Origin: Candidatus Poribacteria bacterium
Lineage (GTDB): Bacteria > Poribacteria > WGA-4E > WGA-3G
Direction of reading: 5' to 3'
Length of the DNA: 64,000 nucleotides
NCBI GenBank assembly: GCA_965214095.1
Contig: OZ243938.1
Coordinates: forward strand, 224,001-288,000
Part shown: positions 38,517 through 49,076 of the stretch, in pieces
Layout: each line of letters opens with the position of its first letter
How positions within the stretch are numbered: the first letter of the stretch is position 1
Made by a program: the position numbers and the translations under genes
The notes under the pieces: generated by a model
Told to the model about the DNA's origin: nothing
The model's input: the letters and a program-made list of their open reading frames with translations, nothing else
The model's database searches: none

Positions 38517-40157
38517 TTACACAGTTTCAGACATCCGTTCAGCTAACCGGGCGAGGGCAGGGGATCTGTCCAATTTCTCAAGTTCAATCTCTATTAGCGT
38601 GAAGTGTTGGGTTTCGTTTAGTGCAGTTTTCATAGCATCATCAAATTCACCCTCGGTATGAACATGAAACCCGCGGCCTGAACCAAAAAGTGATGTAATG
38701 CTGCTATAGTTCCAACATCCAATATCGTTGAATTCTCCTTCCAAGAGATGTCTTTCTGTTCCATAGCCGTGATTGTTTAGCAGAAGAACGATTGGGTTTA
38801 ATCCGTAGCGAACGACAGTTGAGAGTTCTGTGCCTGTCATTTGAAATGCACCATCTCCGACGATGACGAGTGGACGTGAATTCGGTGTGCCGAGTTGTGC
38901 GCCGACAGATGCGGGAACAGCAAATCCCATTGATGTGTAGTATGCGGGACTAAGGAAATTCGTATGTTGTTGTATTCGCAATTCAGCTGCACCGAATAGG
39001 CTATCCCCAACATCTGCTATCACAGTAATTTCATCAGTAATGAATTCGTTGAGATGTTGAAATAGACGTTCAACTGTCAATTGTGCTTTTGGATTAACTT
39101 CAAAAGGTGTTGTCTCAGTGGTTGCCCAATCTAAGTTCGGTTTTCTTCGCCGACGGAGTTTCGATGCATTGATACCATCTATAAAATCTACAAACAGGAC
39201 ATTTTCATAGGTATGGAATCCGACATTAATTTTTTCTGATGTAGCATAGATTGAACGTGAACGGTCAAGGTTTGCAGTGTATATTCCAAGGTTCACATCA
39301 GTCATGAACGCACCGAGAATGATGACACAATCTGAACTCTCAACAAACTCCCTTATCTCCTCTCTACCCATTGCTCCCTCATAAATTCCTAAGTAAAGAG
39401 GATGTGATTCTGGAATAACTGATTTACCAAGTAACGTGGCAACCACAGGTATTCGCTTTTCCTCAACGAGTTTGAGTAATTTGTCCTGAAAACCGAATCT
39501 ATGTAATTCTACGCCTGCAAGAATAACAGGATTCTTGCTCTGATTTATAAAGGTGATTGCATCTTCAATAGCAGCATTTAATGTATCAGGGTCACTTAAA
39601 TGGTTTCCGTCTGATGGACTTTTATAGTGGGTGCCACGAACATCTACCATATCTCGTGGGAGTTCAATGTATCCTGGACGTTTATAATGATAAACAGCAT
39701 CTAATACACGGTCAATCTCGTTGAATGCAGTGAAAGGATCATCAAGGAGTGCTGTTGCAACGGTAATCTCGTCAAATATTCGTTGCTGCGTATGGAAATC
39801 TCTGACTTTATGGTGAAGGAGTGCATCTTTGTCACGTTCTTTGATACCCGGTGCACCGCTAATCACAACAACAGGCGATTTTTCTGCATAAGCACCCGCG
39901 ATAGCGTTTACTGTTGATAATCCACCAACACAGTAAGTAATACAGACTGCTCCCATACCTTTTGTGCGTGCGTAGGCATCTGCTGCATAACCTGCGGCAT
40001 CTTCGCGGGTCATACCGATGTGTTGTATATCGCTTTCCTCAATGAGTTTGTAGAATCGGAGTACATAATCCCCGGGAATGCCGAAGATGTGTTTTATGTC
40101 GTAACTTTTGAGTTTCTTGAGTAGGTATTCACCAATGGATGTTGGGATGTTACGCAT
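38517..40157 (-). CDS. Thiamine-PP-dependent alpha-keto acid decarboxylase (indolepyruvate/pyruvate decarboxylase family)
   Basis: FGIPGDY, AGYAADAYAR, LLHH, VGDGAFQMT..NNHGYGTER (TPP motif). Confidence 0.9.
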   Translation of the reverse strand: MRNIPTSIGEYLLKKLKSYDIKHIFGIPGDYVLRFYKLIEESDIQHIGMTREDAAGYAADAYARTKGMGAVCITYCVGGLSTVNAIAGAYAEKSPVVVISGAPGIKERDKDALLHHKVRDFHTQQRIFDEITVATALLDDPFTAFNEIDRVLDAVYHYKRPGYIELPRDMVDVRGTHYKSPSDGNHLSDPDTLNAAIEDAITFINQSKNPVILAGVELHRFGFQDKLLKLVEEKRIPVVATLLGKSVIPESHPLYLGIYEGAMGREEIREFVESSDCVIILGAFMTDVNLGIYTANLDRSRSIYATSEKINVGFHTYENVLFVDFIDGINASKLRRRRKPNLDWATTETTPFEVNPKAQLTVERLFQHLNEFITDEITVIADVGDSLFGAAELRIQQHTNFLSPAYYTSMGFAVPASVGAQLGTPNSRPLVIVGDGAFQMTGTELSTVVRYGLNPIVLLLNNHGYGTERHLLEGEFNDIGCWNYSSITSLFGSGRGFHVHTEGEFDDAMKTALNETQHFTLIEIELEKLDRSPALARLAERMSETV

Positions 40158-40233
40158 GGTGGCACCTCGTTTTAACGAGGAAAAAGTTGATAGTTAAGCA
40201 CATCAATGTTCTCAAAGTTAGTTTCTGGTTACA

Positions 40234-40683
40234 TCAAAACTGTTTATCACTATCTAATAGAATAGTAACAGGTCCGTCATTTATGAGTTGAACATCCATC
40301 ATGGCTTGGAAAGTGCCACCTACTGTTGGAATGTTCAACTCTTTTAGTAGAGAGATAAACTGTTCATATAAAGCATTGGCAACTTCAGGTCGTGCAGCAC
40401 CAATAAAACTTGGCCGTCTCCCCTTCCGACAATCTCCATAGAGTGTGAATTGAGATACGACCAGTGCTGAACCACCTGTATCAAGCAAGGAAAGGTTCAT
40501 TTTGCCATCTGAATCTTCAAAAATACGCAAATTAGCAACTTTGTTGGCAATATATTGTAATTCAGTTTCAGTGTCGTTATGGGCAACGCCGAGGAATATC
40601 AGCAATCCTGTACCGATTTCCGACACAAGTTCGCCATCAACCTTCACACTTGCAGATTTGACGCGCTGGATAACTGCTCTCAT
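40234..40683 (-). CDS. dtd: D-aminoacyl-tRNA deacylase
   Basis: [25 protein letters not shown]. Confidence 0.97.
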   Translation of the reverse strand: MRAVIQRVKSASVKVDGELVSEIGTGLLIFLGVAHNDTETELQYIANKVANLRIFEDSDGKMNLSLLDTGGSALVVSQFTLYGDCRKGRRPSFIGAARPEVANALYEQFISLLKELNIPTVGGTFQAMMDVQLINDGPVTILLDSDKQF

Positions 40684-40733
40684 ATTAGATTGTTGTTAGT
40701 AAAAGCAAAGAAAGCAATCATAGACTCTACGAT

Positions 40734-41675
40734 CTAAAATAACAACTGAGTGCCTTCCATTTCCTTAGATCTTTCGCCACCAAGTGTGAGATTAAACTGG
40801 AAACCGGGATTGTTGTTTATTCCAATCTGAAATGCTAATGTACTGGAAACTTCATAACGGAATGCCAGACCCATCACGTTTGACACACTCACCCCAGAAT
40901 ATAATAGTTCACGAGAGTAATCTGCTGCAAACCACATATTATCTGCGATAGAGATTTCACCACCGCCGAAATAACTAAAATTAAATGAGTCTGACGTGCG
41001 GACAGATTTTGATGAAAGGAGTACTCCCGCCCCACCGTGTAATTTAATAGCTGCACCAACTCTCTGCGTGCCTACAAAATAAGTGTTTATACCGGCAAAT
41101 GGATATCCGTCAATTGGATCAGGATCAAGAAATTCGTCATTAGAATTAAGGCGATCATCAGCAGTATAACCGGAAAAGAATTCTGCACCAATAGAGATAC
41201 TTGGTAAACCATCATTTTTTTCAGGTTTGAGATTATATTTGAGTCCAATTAATCCTTCATTTAAGGGTTGGTCATATACACGGGCTGGATTGACATCTGC
41301 ATCAGCCGTATCGTAAAAATCATCAACCACTTTGTGGACATTTCCTACAGAGAGCGTAGCACCAAGATGAAGGTCAACTTGATTACTCAATCCATAAGTG
41401 AACCGGACAGGAATGAAGAAAGTTTCTATTTCAAGTGAAGCGTGTGTCTGTCGTTCAAATCCACCGATAAAGACAGTCTGTGTCTCTTCAGGTTCTAATG
41501 TCTGTTTTGAATACTGAAACAACCCGAAAGTTGTCATTGAACCACCTTTACCTAACGGTTCAGCGGTTTGTATGCTTGTCAGTTGTGAAACGGGTGGGGT
41601 TTGGGCATAGATTACTGTATTTAATGCAGTGAATAGAAATAATGCTAAAGTTGCAATTCGTTTTATATAGAACAT
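40734..41675 (-). CDS. Putative outer-membrane beta-barrel protein
   Basis: Signal peptide; TAEPLGKG; amphipathic strands (RFTYGL, GLKYNL, AFRYEV). Confidence 0.55.
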   Translation of the reverse strand: MFYIKRIATLALFLFTALNTVIYAQTPPVSQLTSIQTAEPLGKGGSMTTFGLFQYSKQTLEPEETQTVFIGGFERQTHASLEIETFFIPVRFTYGLSNQVDLHLGATLSVGNVHKVVDDFYDTADADVNPARVYDQPLNEGLIGLKYNLKPEKNDGLPSISIGAEFFSGYTADDRLNSNDEFLDPDPIDGYPFAGINTYFVGTQRVGAAIKLHGGAGVLLSSKSVRTSDSFNFSYFGGGEISIADNMWFAADYSRELLYSGVSVSNVMGLAFRYEVSSTLAFQIGINNNPGFQFNLTLGGERSKEMEGTQLLF

Positions 41676-41710
41676 AATAATTCCTTTAATCTTATCTCAA
41701 ATTTTGTTTA

Positions 41711-42868
41711 TCAATATATTGCTTGTGCTTCCACTAAAATACTTTCGTCTCGTTCACCTTCAAGTGTTGGCGTGTCATCGAATGCAGAGATGAAGTAGAC
41801 TCTTAAGAAGAATTCACCGCCGATAACAATTGGGTCTTCACCAGAAAGTGTAACACTTGTTTCACCCGGTTTCAACAGTCGCCGTGGCACGTAATTTTCA
41901 TCTTTATCTATGGAATATATCTGATATCCCACGAGGTCATTCTCTTTGTTGTTGTCATCCCATGTCATTAACACATCATATTTATTATTAAATAATGATC
42001 GACCAAAATAACTTGCTCGAAAATTTTCTGGAGGTGCAGGAGGCAGATTCGGTGAAGTAGCAGTAATTTCTGTAATTCCTTCAACACCAAATTCATCCAC
42101 TGCAGCTATACGGTAAACTTTGGTAATATTATCGTGACGAAAACTTCCATCAACATAGAAGCTTTGTTCTCGTGTGAGTTCAATTGCTTCTCTAAATTTT
42201 AATGGAACATCAACACCTTCATAAAATGCTATATATATTCGAAATGAATCAAAATCGTTAGGAAAAGGATAGTTTTCCCAAAATAGATTGACTCTGAGAT
42301 CAGCAGGTTCTCCGAGTGTTACAACTGGCTGTGGTGGGGCTATGCTTGGCGTTACAATTACTGTCGGCCATACACGAATTGGGTCTGCAGATACGTCTGG
42401 TGGATTTTCTGGATTTGGTGTTTCAACGTCATTTATATCAACATAGGAAATTCTATATTCATAAGCTACATTTGTTCCATCTGCAGCTTTACGATCATTT
42501 TCTATATTTTGGTTATCCACAAATTCACTTTCTGTTGCATCCACAGTACCGATTAACTCAAAAGGTTCATCTGATTTGTTATCTGTACGACGGTAGATTT
42601 TGTACGATTTTACACCTTCAGATTCTATCTTATTCCAAGTTATTCGCACCTCTCTGTCACCTGGAAATAACGTCAATCCATCAGGTGATCCAGAGGTCCG
42701 CAAGTTTTCTGAGTCCAGTGGATTGGCATAATCCTCAGTATTTGTGCATGCCCCTATCATCGTTATTATTAAGAACAAAGGTAATAGGAACAGGATTGTT
42801 TTTATTTGATATGAAAAATTAGATTGAGTTCTATTTAAACAACACAATGAAAACATTTTTTCCTCCAC
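41711..42868 (-). CDS. Fibronectin type III domain lipoprotein
   Basis: Lipobox IGAC, NPLD, VRITW..SYKIYR, YRIAAVD, P.PPENF..GYQIY. Confidence 0.7.
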   Translation of the reverse strand: MEEKMFSLCCLNRTQSNFSYQIKTILFLLPLFLIITMIGACTNTEDYANPLDSENLRTSGSPDGLTLFPGDREVRITWNKIESEGVKSYKIYRRTDNKSDEPFELIGTVDATESEFVDNQNIENDRKAADGTNVAYEYRISYVDINDVETPNPENPPDVSADPIRVWPTVIVTPSIAPPQPVVTLGEPADLRVNLFWENYPFPNDFDSFRIYIAFYEGVDVPLKFREAIELTREQSFYVDGSFRHDNITKVYRIAAVDEFGVEGITEITATSPNLPPAPPENFRASYFGRSLFNNKYDVLMTWDDNNKENDLVGYQIYSIDKDENYVPRRLLKPGETSVTLSGEDPIVIGGEFFLRVYFISAFDDTPTLEGERDESILVEAQAIY

Positions 42869-42887
42869 AGATTATTTGTCTTGTGAA

Positions 42888-43424
42888 TCAGAAACGGTAC
42901 AAAAATTGTAGGCTTGCGCGTTGTGTTTGAAAATCGTAATTCGGTTGAACACTAAATAACTGTGACCTACCGTAAATCTGATTATTTGTTGTTCTGGGTG
43001 AAGATGATATGTTCAATGGATATTGATTATTCAGGAATGCATTTCCTGGATTGTCCGATGTTGAAGCAGTATCAACTGTAGCATTATGAAATTGGTTCAT
43101 AATGGAAAATAAAACAGCAAATCCAATACAACCATACCCAACACGAGACATGATTGTCGTTGCATTTTCTCTGAGAACTGTTTCATCTTTTAGGCTTTGT
43201 ATATCAGCTTGCGTTGTAGCAGAAAGATATTCTTCATATTTGTTTTCTGCAGAAGTGTTCAAAAATGTACTACCAACCTGAAAACCTATACCAGATATTA
43301 GGAGTGTTATCGCAAGTCCATTTGATCGTTTCTTTGCGTGAACTGGTGATATTGTTAAACAAAGTAAAACAATACACAATATTCCAATTATTAAACGGTT
43401 CGGTTTCAAACCCAAATGTATCAT
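42888..43424 (-). CDS. Hypothetical exported/membrane protein
   Basis: Signal peptide, two hydrophobic helices flanking KYEEYLSAT, C-terminal beta strand ending in F. Confidence 0.6.
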   Translation of the reverse strand: MIHLGLKPNRLIIGILCIVLLCLTISPVHAKKRSNGLAITLLISGIGFQVGSTFLNTSAENKYEEYLSATTQADIQSLKDETVLRENATTIMSRVGYGCIGFAVLFSIMNQFHNATVDTASTSDNPGNAFLNNQYPLNISSSPRTTNNQIYGRSQLFSVQPNYDFQTQRASLQFLYRF

Positions 43425-43608
43425 TATTCTGTATATTCCTTTCAGATGTGTTTGATATAATTAATAGTTAAGTGTATCTGATTATTTTTTGAAAGTCAAT
43501 GTAAAATGAAATGAAGGGAGAATTCTTCAATCGTTCAAATTCAATATTTCCTGTTTAGGTAAGAAGTTAGTGCCAAGAACTTTACACACCATCCAGAACA
43601 ACTTCAAT

Positions 43609-43637
43609 TTGACAAATTGACTATAAAGTGTTAAAAT
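43609..43637 (+). promoter_or_regulatory. sigma70-type promoter
   Basis: TTGACA-N17-TAAAAT upstream of the GGGP synthase gene. Confidence 0.55.
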
Positions 43638-43748
43638 TGTTTAGTTTTGTTAGCAACATAGCGTGTTTGCAGACTAATGCCAATGATAGATGAAATTAAT
43701 ATATCGAACTCACGTTAATAAATATGTTAATATAAGGAATACAGACAT

Positions 43749-44495
43749 TTGACATCAGAAAGTGTTCTGCAATACCTCCACGGGGTAATACAAAAAAAGA
43801 AGGCTGGTTATCTGGTTCTCATTGATCCCGATGTATATGAGATTGAGAGATGTGCTAATCTTGCTTGTGAGATTGAACGAGCTGGTGCTGATGCGATCTT
43901 ACTTGGTGGTAGTCTTTTGACCAATGACCTTCGTCCGATTGCAGAACACTTGAAAGCATCCACAACTCTACCTATAATCCTGTTCCCTGGTGATTCTATG
44001 CATCTGACACCTTATGCAGATGCCATTCTTTATATGAGCTTAATTAGTGGTCGAAACCCAAATTATCTTATTGGTGAACAGGTCAAAGCTGCTCCGTGGA
44101 TACAACAGTATAATCTGGAGCCAATTCCAACAGGTTATATGTTGATTGATGGTGGTAATAGAACTACAGTTGAATTTATGAGTGGCACTGTACCAATCCC
44201 GCGTAATAAACCAGATATTGCTGGTACACACGCTTTGGCAGCACAATACCTTGGAATGAAAATGGTCTACTTAGAAGCGGGAAGTGGTGCTGAACTTCCT
44301 GTGCCTGACGACTTAATTGCAAAGGTTCATGCCCAAATTAATATACCACTGATAGTTGGTGGCGGTATCCGATCCCCCCAAATGGCTTCTCAGAAAGTTA
44401 ATGCTGGTGCAGATTTCATTGTCACTGGTAATATCCTTGAAGAAAATCACTCCTATCATTTTATGAAACAATTTGCCGATGCAATACACGGATGA
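43749..44495 (+). CDS. Geranylgeranylglyceryl/heptaprenylglyceryl phosphate synthase (group II-like)
   Basis: VLIDPD, LLGGS, ILFPG, SLISGRNP, YLEAGSGA, IVGGGIR, VTGN. Confidence 0.9.
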   Translation: MTSESVLQYLHGVIQKKKAGYLVLIDPDVYEIERCANLACEIERAGADAILLGGSLLTNDLRPIAEHLKASTTLPIILFPGDSMHLTPYADAILYMSLISGRNPNYLIGEQVKAAPWIQQYNLEPIPTGYMLIDGGNRTTVEFMSGTVPIPRNKPDIAGTHALAAQYLGMKMVYLEAGSGAELPVPDDLIAKVHAQINIPLIVGGGIRSPQMASQKVNAGADFIVTGNILEENHSYHFMKQFADAIHG

Positions 44496-44571
44496 ACTTG
44501 ACACGAGATATTCTCAAAATTCAGTACTCAGTATTATATTGATAATAATAACGAAAGAGAGGTAATTCATC

Positions 44572-45303
44572 ATGTCTGAAAATAATGAAAATGAGGTAGT
44601 TATAGAAATAGAAACGGAAGAAAACGATAAACCGGATTTTCTAATTGATGAATCAAAAGAAGAAACAGAAACATCTAATGAAACAGAAGAACGCACAATA
44701 GAAACTGTTGAAGCAGAACTTGAAGCACTTAAGGAAGATTTTAAAAATAAACTGGAAGCAGTCGCAGAAATAGAACGTGAGCAGTATCAAGCTGAACGGG
44801 AACGTTTACTTCGTACTGCCGCTGAAGCAGAAAATTCAAAAAAACGTATAGAAATAGATGCTCAGAAGCAGCTAAAATATGCCAATAAGACCCTTGTTGA
44901 AGGTTTGATTCCAGTATTAGATAGTATTGAAGCAGCGATAAAGAGCCTATCGGATAAAAAAGATGAAAGCGAGACATCTACAGATGTTACACACTTCAGT
45001 GATGGAGTCCAGTTAGTTCAGAAACAACTGTTAGATGTGTTGAAAACAAATGGACTCACTACAATAGAAGCAGTTGGTGGACCTTTTGATCCTAATCAAC
45101 ATGAAGCGGTATTTGCAACTGAATCAGATGATGTCCCGGAAGGAGAGGTAATTGAGGAATTTAGATGTGGCTACCAATTACACGATCAGATTCTTCGTGC
45201 TGCACAAGTAATTGTTTCAAAAGGTAGACCTAAAGAAGAAGCTGAAACTGAAGACACTGAAACACAACAAGAGGATAACACTACCAAGAATAGTGATGAG
45301 TAA
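44572..45303 (+). CDS. grpE: Nucleotide exchange factor GrpE
   Basis: LRTAAEAEN.KKR, LIPVLD, FDPNQHEA, GYQLHDQILR.AQV.V. Confidence 0.95.
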   Translation: MSENNENEVVIEIETEENDKPDFLIDESKEETETSNETEERTIETVEAELEALKEDFKNKLEAVAEIEREQYQAERERLLRTAAEAENSKKRIEIDAQKQLKYANKTLVEGLIPVLDSIEAAIKSLSDKKDESETSTDVTHFSDGVQLVQKQLLDVLKTNGLTTIEAVGGPFDPNQHEAVFATESDDVPEGEVIEEFRCGYQLHDQILRAAQVIVSKGRPKEEAETEDTETQQEDNTTKNSDE

Positions 45304-45326
45304 TCTCAATTTAGGTAGAAAATGCT

Positions 45327-46433
45327 ATGATGCAAAAGCGGGATTATTACGATATACTAGATGTGAGCAGAGATGCTAACGAGGACGAAATAAAGAAAGC
45401 ATATCGAAAGTTAGCAATCAAGTATCATCCTGATAAAAATCCGGATGACAAAGAAGCAGAAGCAAAGTTTATTGAAGCAGCCGAAGCTTACGATGTCTTG
45501 TTGACTCCAGAAAAACGTCAACGTTATGATCAATATGGTCATGCTGGTTTAGAAGGTATGTCATCAGGACATGGTGTAGGGATAAATATAGACGAAATAA
45601 TTAATGATGTGTTTGGTGAGATGTTTGGTGGATTTCGTAGAAGTAGAACCAGACAAGGTCGAAGTCTGCAAACAAATCTTGAGATTACACTTGAAGATGC
45701 CTATAGTGGAAAAGAAGTGGCAATTGAAGTTCCACGAGTAGAATCATGTCCTGATTGTGATGGAAGTGGTGCGGAAAAAGGTTCAACTGTTGATACTTGT
45801 CCGCAGTGCTATGGACGTGGACAAGTGACGCAATCACAAGGATTCTTTACGCTGCAACGCACTTGCCATCGTTGTCATGGTAGTGGTGAAGTGATACAGA
45901 AACCGTGTAGAAATTGTAATGGACAAGGACGCGTTAGAGTTAAACGTGAGATTAAACTAAAAATTGACAAGGGTGTAGATACCGGTTTTGAGTATCGTCT
46001 ACAGGGACAAGGAGAAGTAGGAGCATCGGGAGGTGTTCCCGGAGACCTCCTTGTTGTCCTTCATGTTGCCCCACACGATAGATTTAAACGGAGTGGGAAT
46101 GATCTAATTACTTCAACAAAAGTTTCGTTTGTACAGGCAGCACTTGGATGTACTATTGAGGTTAATGGTATTGATGGATCACACCAATTGGTTATTCCGG
46201 CGGGAACACAATATGGAGACCAATTGCGTATACAAGGCAAAGGGATGCCAAAATATCGTAGTTCCAGTTTTGGTGACCTTGTGGTACATGTGGGTATTGA
46301 AACACCGAGGAATATTACTGATGAACAACGTAAACTATTAGAGAACTTTGATGAACTGCATGAAGGCACATCAGATTCTAGCAATGGTGGATTTTGGGAT
46401 AAACTGTTTAGCCTAATAGATGATAAAGATTGA
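45327..46433 (+). CDS. dnaJ: Chaperone DnaJ
   Basis: J-domain HPD; four CxxCxGxG repeats. Confidence 0.97.
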   Translation: MMQKRDYYDILDVSRDANEDEIKKAYRKLAIKYHPDKNPDDKEAEAKFIEAAEAYDVLLTPEKRQRYDQYGHAGLEGMSSGHGVGINIDEIINDVFGEMFGGFRRSRTRQGRSLQTNLEITLEDAYSGKEVAIEVPRVESCPDCDGSGAEKGSTVDTCPQCYGRGQVTQSQGFFTLQRTCHRCHGSGEVIQKPCRNCNGQGRVRVKREIKLKIDKGVDTGFEYRLQGQGEVGASGGVPGDLLVVLHVAPHDRFKRSGNDLITSTKVSFVQAALGCTIEVNGIDGSHQLVIPAGTQYGDQLRIQGKGMPKYRSSSFGDLVVHVGIETPRNITDEQRKLLENFDELHEGTSDSSNGGFWDKLFSLIDDKD

Positions 46434-46478
46434 GAATATTTCATTTCAAACTCAAGTTGTCACTCGTTTCTAATTTTT

Positions 46479-47366
46479 ATGAATTTGGCACAAATTACGA
46501 TTACTACCTCTGATGAGGCATCTGAAGCAGTGGGAAACTTTCTTTTTGAAATGGGTACTCACGGCGTTGAACTGAAAGATTCGTCTAATAACACAACATC
46601 TCTCACCGCATATTTCCCACTTGATGACCGTGTTGATAACAGAATAAAGCAAATAAAAGACTTTCTTACTGAACTACCAAAATGGGGAATTCAACCTAAT
46701 CCTGCCAAAATAGATTTAAAACGGATTGCGTCAGAAGAATGGGCAGAAGCATGGAAATCAGACTACCATCCACAGAAGATAGGAAACCGATTTCTGGTCG
46801 CACCGACTTGGTATGACATCCCGCCTGAGGACACAAATATACACATTCGTCTTGATCCGGGAATGGCATTTGGTACTGGTTATCACCCAACAACAAGATT
46901 GTCCCTGAGAATGTTGGAGCAAACTCTCAAACCAAATCAATATGTCGTTGATATCGGCACGGGTTCAGGGATTCTGGCTATCGCTGCTGTGAAGTTAGGT
47001 GCAAAACAGGTGGACGCCATAGAACTTGATGGCTCCGCAATTCCGATTGCAAATGCAAATTTCAGGATAAACCATATCAAAGAACAGATTACTTTGTTTC
47101 AGGGGGATGGACTAAGTTCAGTTGATAATAAATATGATCTTATTATTGGAAATATACTAACAAAAGCCATTCTACCAATTATTCCATACTGTCCAGCAAG
47201 GATGGAACCAAATGGACATGTCATCTTTTCTGGTATATTAGAATCTGAACAGGATGTGATTCAGGAAGTATTGACAGAAAACGGAATGGAATGTATCCAG
47301 GTCATGCATGAATCAGAGGATGATGTTAAGTGGGTAGCAATTAAGGCAAAATTGATTAACCGATAG
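46479..47366 (+). CDS. prmA: Ribosomal protein L11 methyltransferase
   Basis: LDPGMAFGTGYHPTT, DIGTGSGILAI, SGIL; follows dnaJ. Confidence 0.95.
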   Translation: MNLAQITITTSDEASEAVGNFLFEMGTHGVELKDSSNNTTSLTAYFPLDDRVDNRIKQIKDFLTELPKWGIQPNPAKIDLKRIASEEWAEAWKSDYHPQKIGNRFLVAPTWYDIPPEDTNIHIRLDPGMAFGTGYHPTTRLSLRMLEQTLKPNQYVVDIGTGSGILAIAAVKLGAKQVDAIELDGSAIPIANANFRINHIKEQITLFQGDGLSSVDNKYDLIIGNILTKAILPIIPYCPARMEPNGHVIFSGILESEQDVIQEVLTENGMECIQVMHESEDDVKWVAIKAKLINR

Positions 47367-47368
47367 AA

Positions 47369-47629
47369 CTAATCAGGCTTTTCCTTTGCTAATCCGTGGC
47401 ACAAAGTACACCTACCAAGGTTAAGATGTGGCATCGTAGGCGTTTTTTCATCTCCTTTGAGATGGCATTTCAAACATGTAGGATTATCGGTTGGTTGAAT
47501 GTGTACATCTATATTTGAACGTGCGGGGGCAGCATTGAAAAAGAGAATAACCATCACAATTGCGAAAATTAAACCAATCACACTGACAATATAGAAAAGC
47601 ACCTTTGGGTTTGCTTGGTCTGTTGGCAT
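47369..47629 (-). CDS. Small membrane-anchored diheme c-type cytochrome
   Basis: One TM helix, then H..CLKCH..MPH..CTLCH. Confidence 0.7.
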   Translation of the reverse strand: MPTDQANPKVLFYIVSVIGLIFAIVMVILFFNAAPARSNIDVHIQPTDNPTCLKCHLKGDEKTPTMPHLNLGRCTLCHGLAKEKPD

Positions 47630-47718
47630 TTAAAAGAGATGAACTCCTAATTTGTAATATACTCAAATCATATAATAGGATAACCAAAAATCAGCGATTC
47701 TGCAAATCAATTTGCATA

Positions 47719-48543
47719 TCAGTGAAAAAATGGAAATAAGATTGGTATATTTTCTTGTGTTAAAGATGCACCGTATTCACAGGATTCAAATGCTTCTGCA
47801 TATTGGATGCTGTTCCCTTTTTGTTCTCCATAAAGTTCAATTAGCATTTTGCGATACTTATTGGCAATTGAACTAAAACGATTTCTTAGTCGTTCAGCAA
47901 GCCATTTGCGACGTTCAACAGCATTATCTGGTACTGCATTGAGCGTTCCGCTGTTGTATGGTAACCATTCATAGAACTGTGATGTGTGGCAGTGTAACAT
48001 ATCAATCTTCTTTTCGACAACATCATCTATGTCAACTACGACATCAGGAGAAAATGGAGTTGGTTTTTGGAAGCTATCACTGAGGTAGACAATAACAGGA
48101 TTTTTCTCTAAGTGGGGTGTAAGCGCACATATATTGGGGACAGTCACCATATAAGCTGCATCTTGAACAAGCATGGATGTATATCTATGGTCCGGATGGT
48201 AATCATTTGGACGGTGTGTCATGATCAGGTCAGGCTTAAATTCGCGTATTTTACGTATGATTTGATAGCGATTTTCCAAAGATGGCATCAGTTCACCATC
48301 GTGATTGTCAAGAAGTTCGTAATCAATACCGATGATATCTGCTGCCGCTTGTGCTTCGGCATTACGACGTATTGCTAAAGGTCCTCCACCTATTTCATGA
48401 TGTCCTGCATCTCCGTTTGTAACGGAAACAAATTTTACGGAATGTCCACGTTGTGTGTATAATGCAGCAATACCTCCTGCTTTAATATCACAATCATCGG
48501 GATGTGCGCCAAATACTAATACACGAAGTTGTTTTTTTATCAT
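47719..48543 (-). CDS. PIG-L/LmbE family deacetylase
   Basis: GAHPDD, TNGDAG, DYHPDH. Likely start 48543. Confidence 0.9.
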   Translation of the reverse strand: MIKKQLRVLVFGAHPDDCDIKAGGIAALYTQRGHSVKFVSVTNGDAGHHEIGGGPLAIRRNAEAQAAADIIGIDYELLDNHDGELMPSLENRYQIIRKIREFKPDLIMTHRPNDYHPDHRYTSMLVQDAAYMVTVPNICALTPHLEKNPVIVYLSDSFQKPTPFSPDVVVDIDDVVEKKIDMLHCHTSQFYEWLPYNSGTLNAVPDNAVERRKWLAERLRNRFSSIANKYRKMLIELYGEQKGNSIQYAEAFESCEYGASLTQENIPILFPFFH

Positions 48544-48608
48544 ATTTTTATCCACTATAGATTGCATGTCAATCTATGCAATCATACCAAACTATTGGAA
48601 TTGACCTT

Positions 48609-49076
48609 ATGAAGAACTGGAAAGTTGAAGTTTTCTATAAACCTGAAGTGCCTGACACAATCGGAAATGGCATCGTTGAAGATATATCTGATCTTGGTCT
48701 TACTGGTGTCACTTCAGTTAAAACAGCTACAGTTTATTGGATTGAGGGTGATCTGAATACTCAATCAATTCAACGCATAGCAACTGAACTGCTTGCTGAT
48801 CCAATAACACAAGACTATACCTATAAAAGTGATAATCTACAAAGTCAAGATTGGACGATTGAAGTGAAATTCAAACCCGGTGTCACTGACGCAGTCGGAG
48901 ATAGTACTGTCAAAGGCATAAATGATATTGGTATAACAGACGTTGACACTGTCCGTACTGGTAACAAGTATTGGCTATCAGGAAATTTGGATCCAAAAAC
49001 TATAGAGATAATCTCAAAGCAACTGCTGATGAATGATGTCATACAGACATATTCTTACCAAAAACCTAATTCCTAA
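48609..49076 (+). CDS. purS: Phosphoribosylformylglycinamidine synthase PurS, two tandem domains
   Basis: Two repeats: VEV.YKPEVPD..G...LLADPI.Q and IEVKFKPGVTD..G...LLMNDVIQ. Confidence 0.75.
   Translation: MKNWKVEVFYKPEVPDTIGNGIVEDISDLGLTGVTSVKTATVYWIEGDLNTQSIQRIATELLADPITQDYTYKSDNLQSQDWTIEVKFKPGVTDAVGDSTVKGINDIGITDVDTVRTGNKYWLSGNLDPKTIEIISKQLLMNDVIQTYSYQKPNS

Noticed and set aside
44495-44571. CIRCE element before grpE
   Set aside because: Only a weak half-site (TCAGTACTC), with no matching GAGTGCTAA arm.
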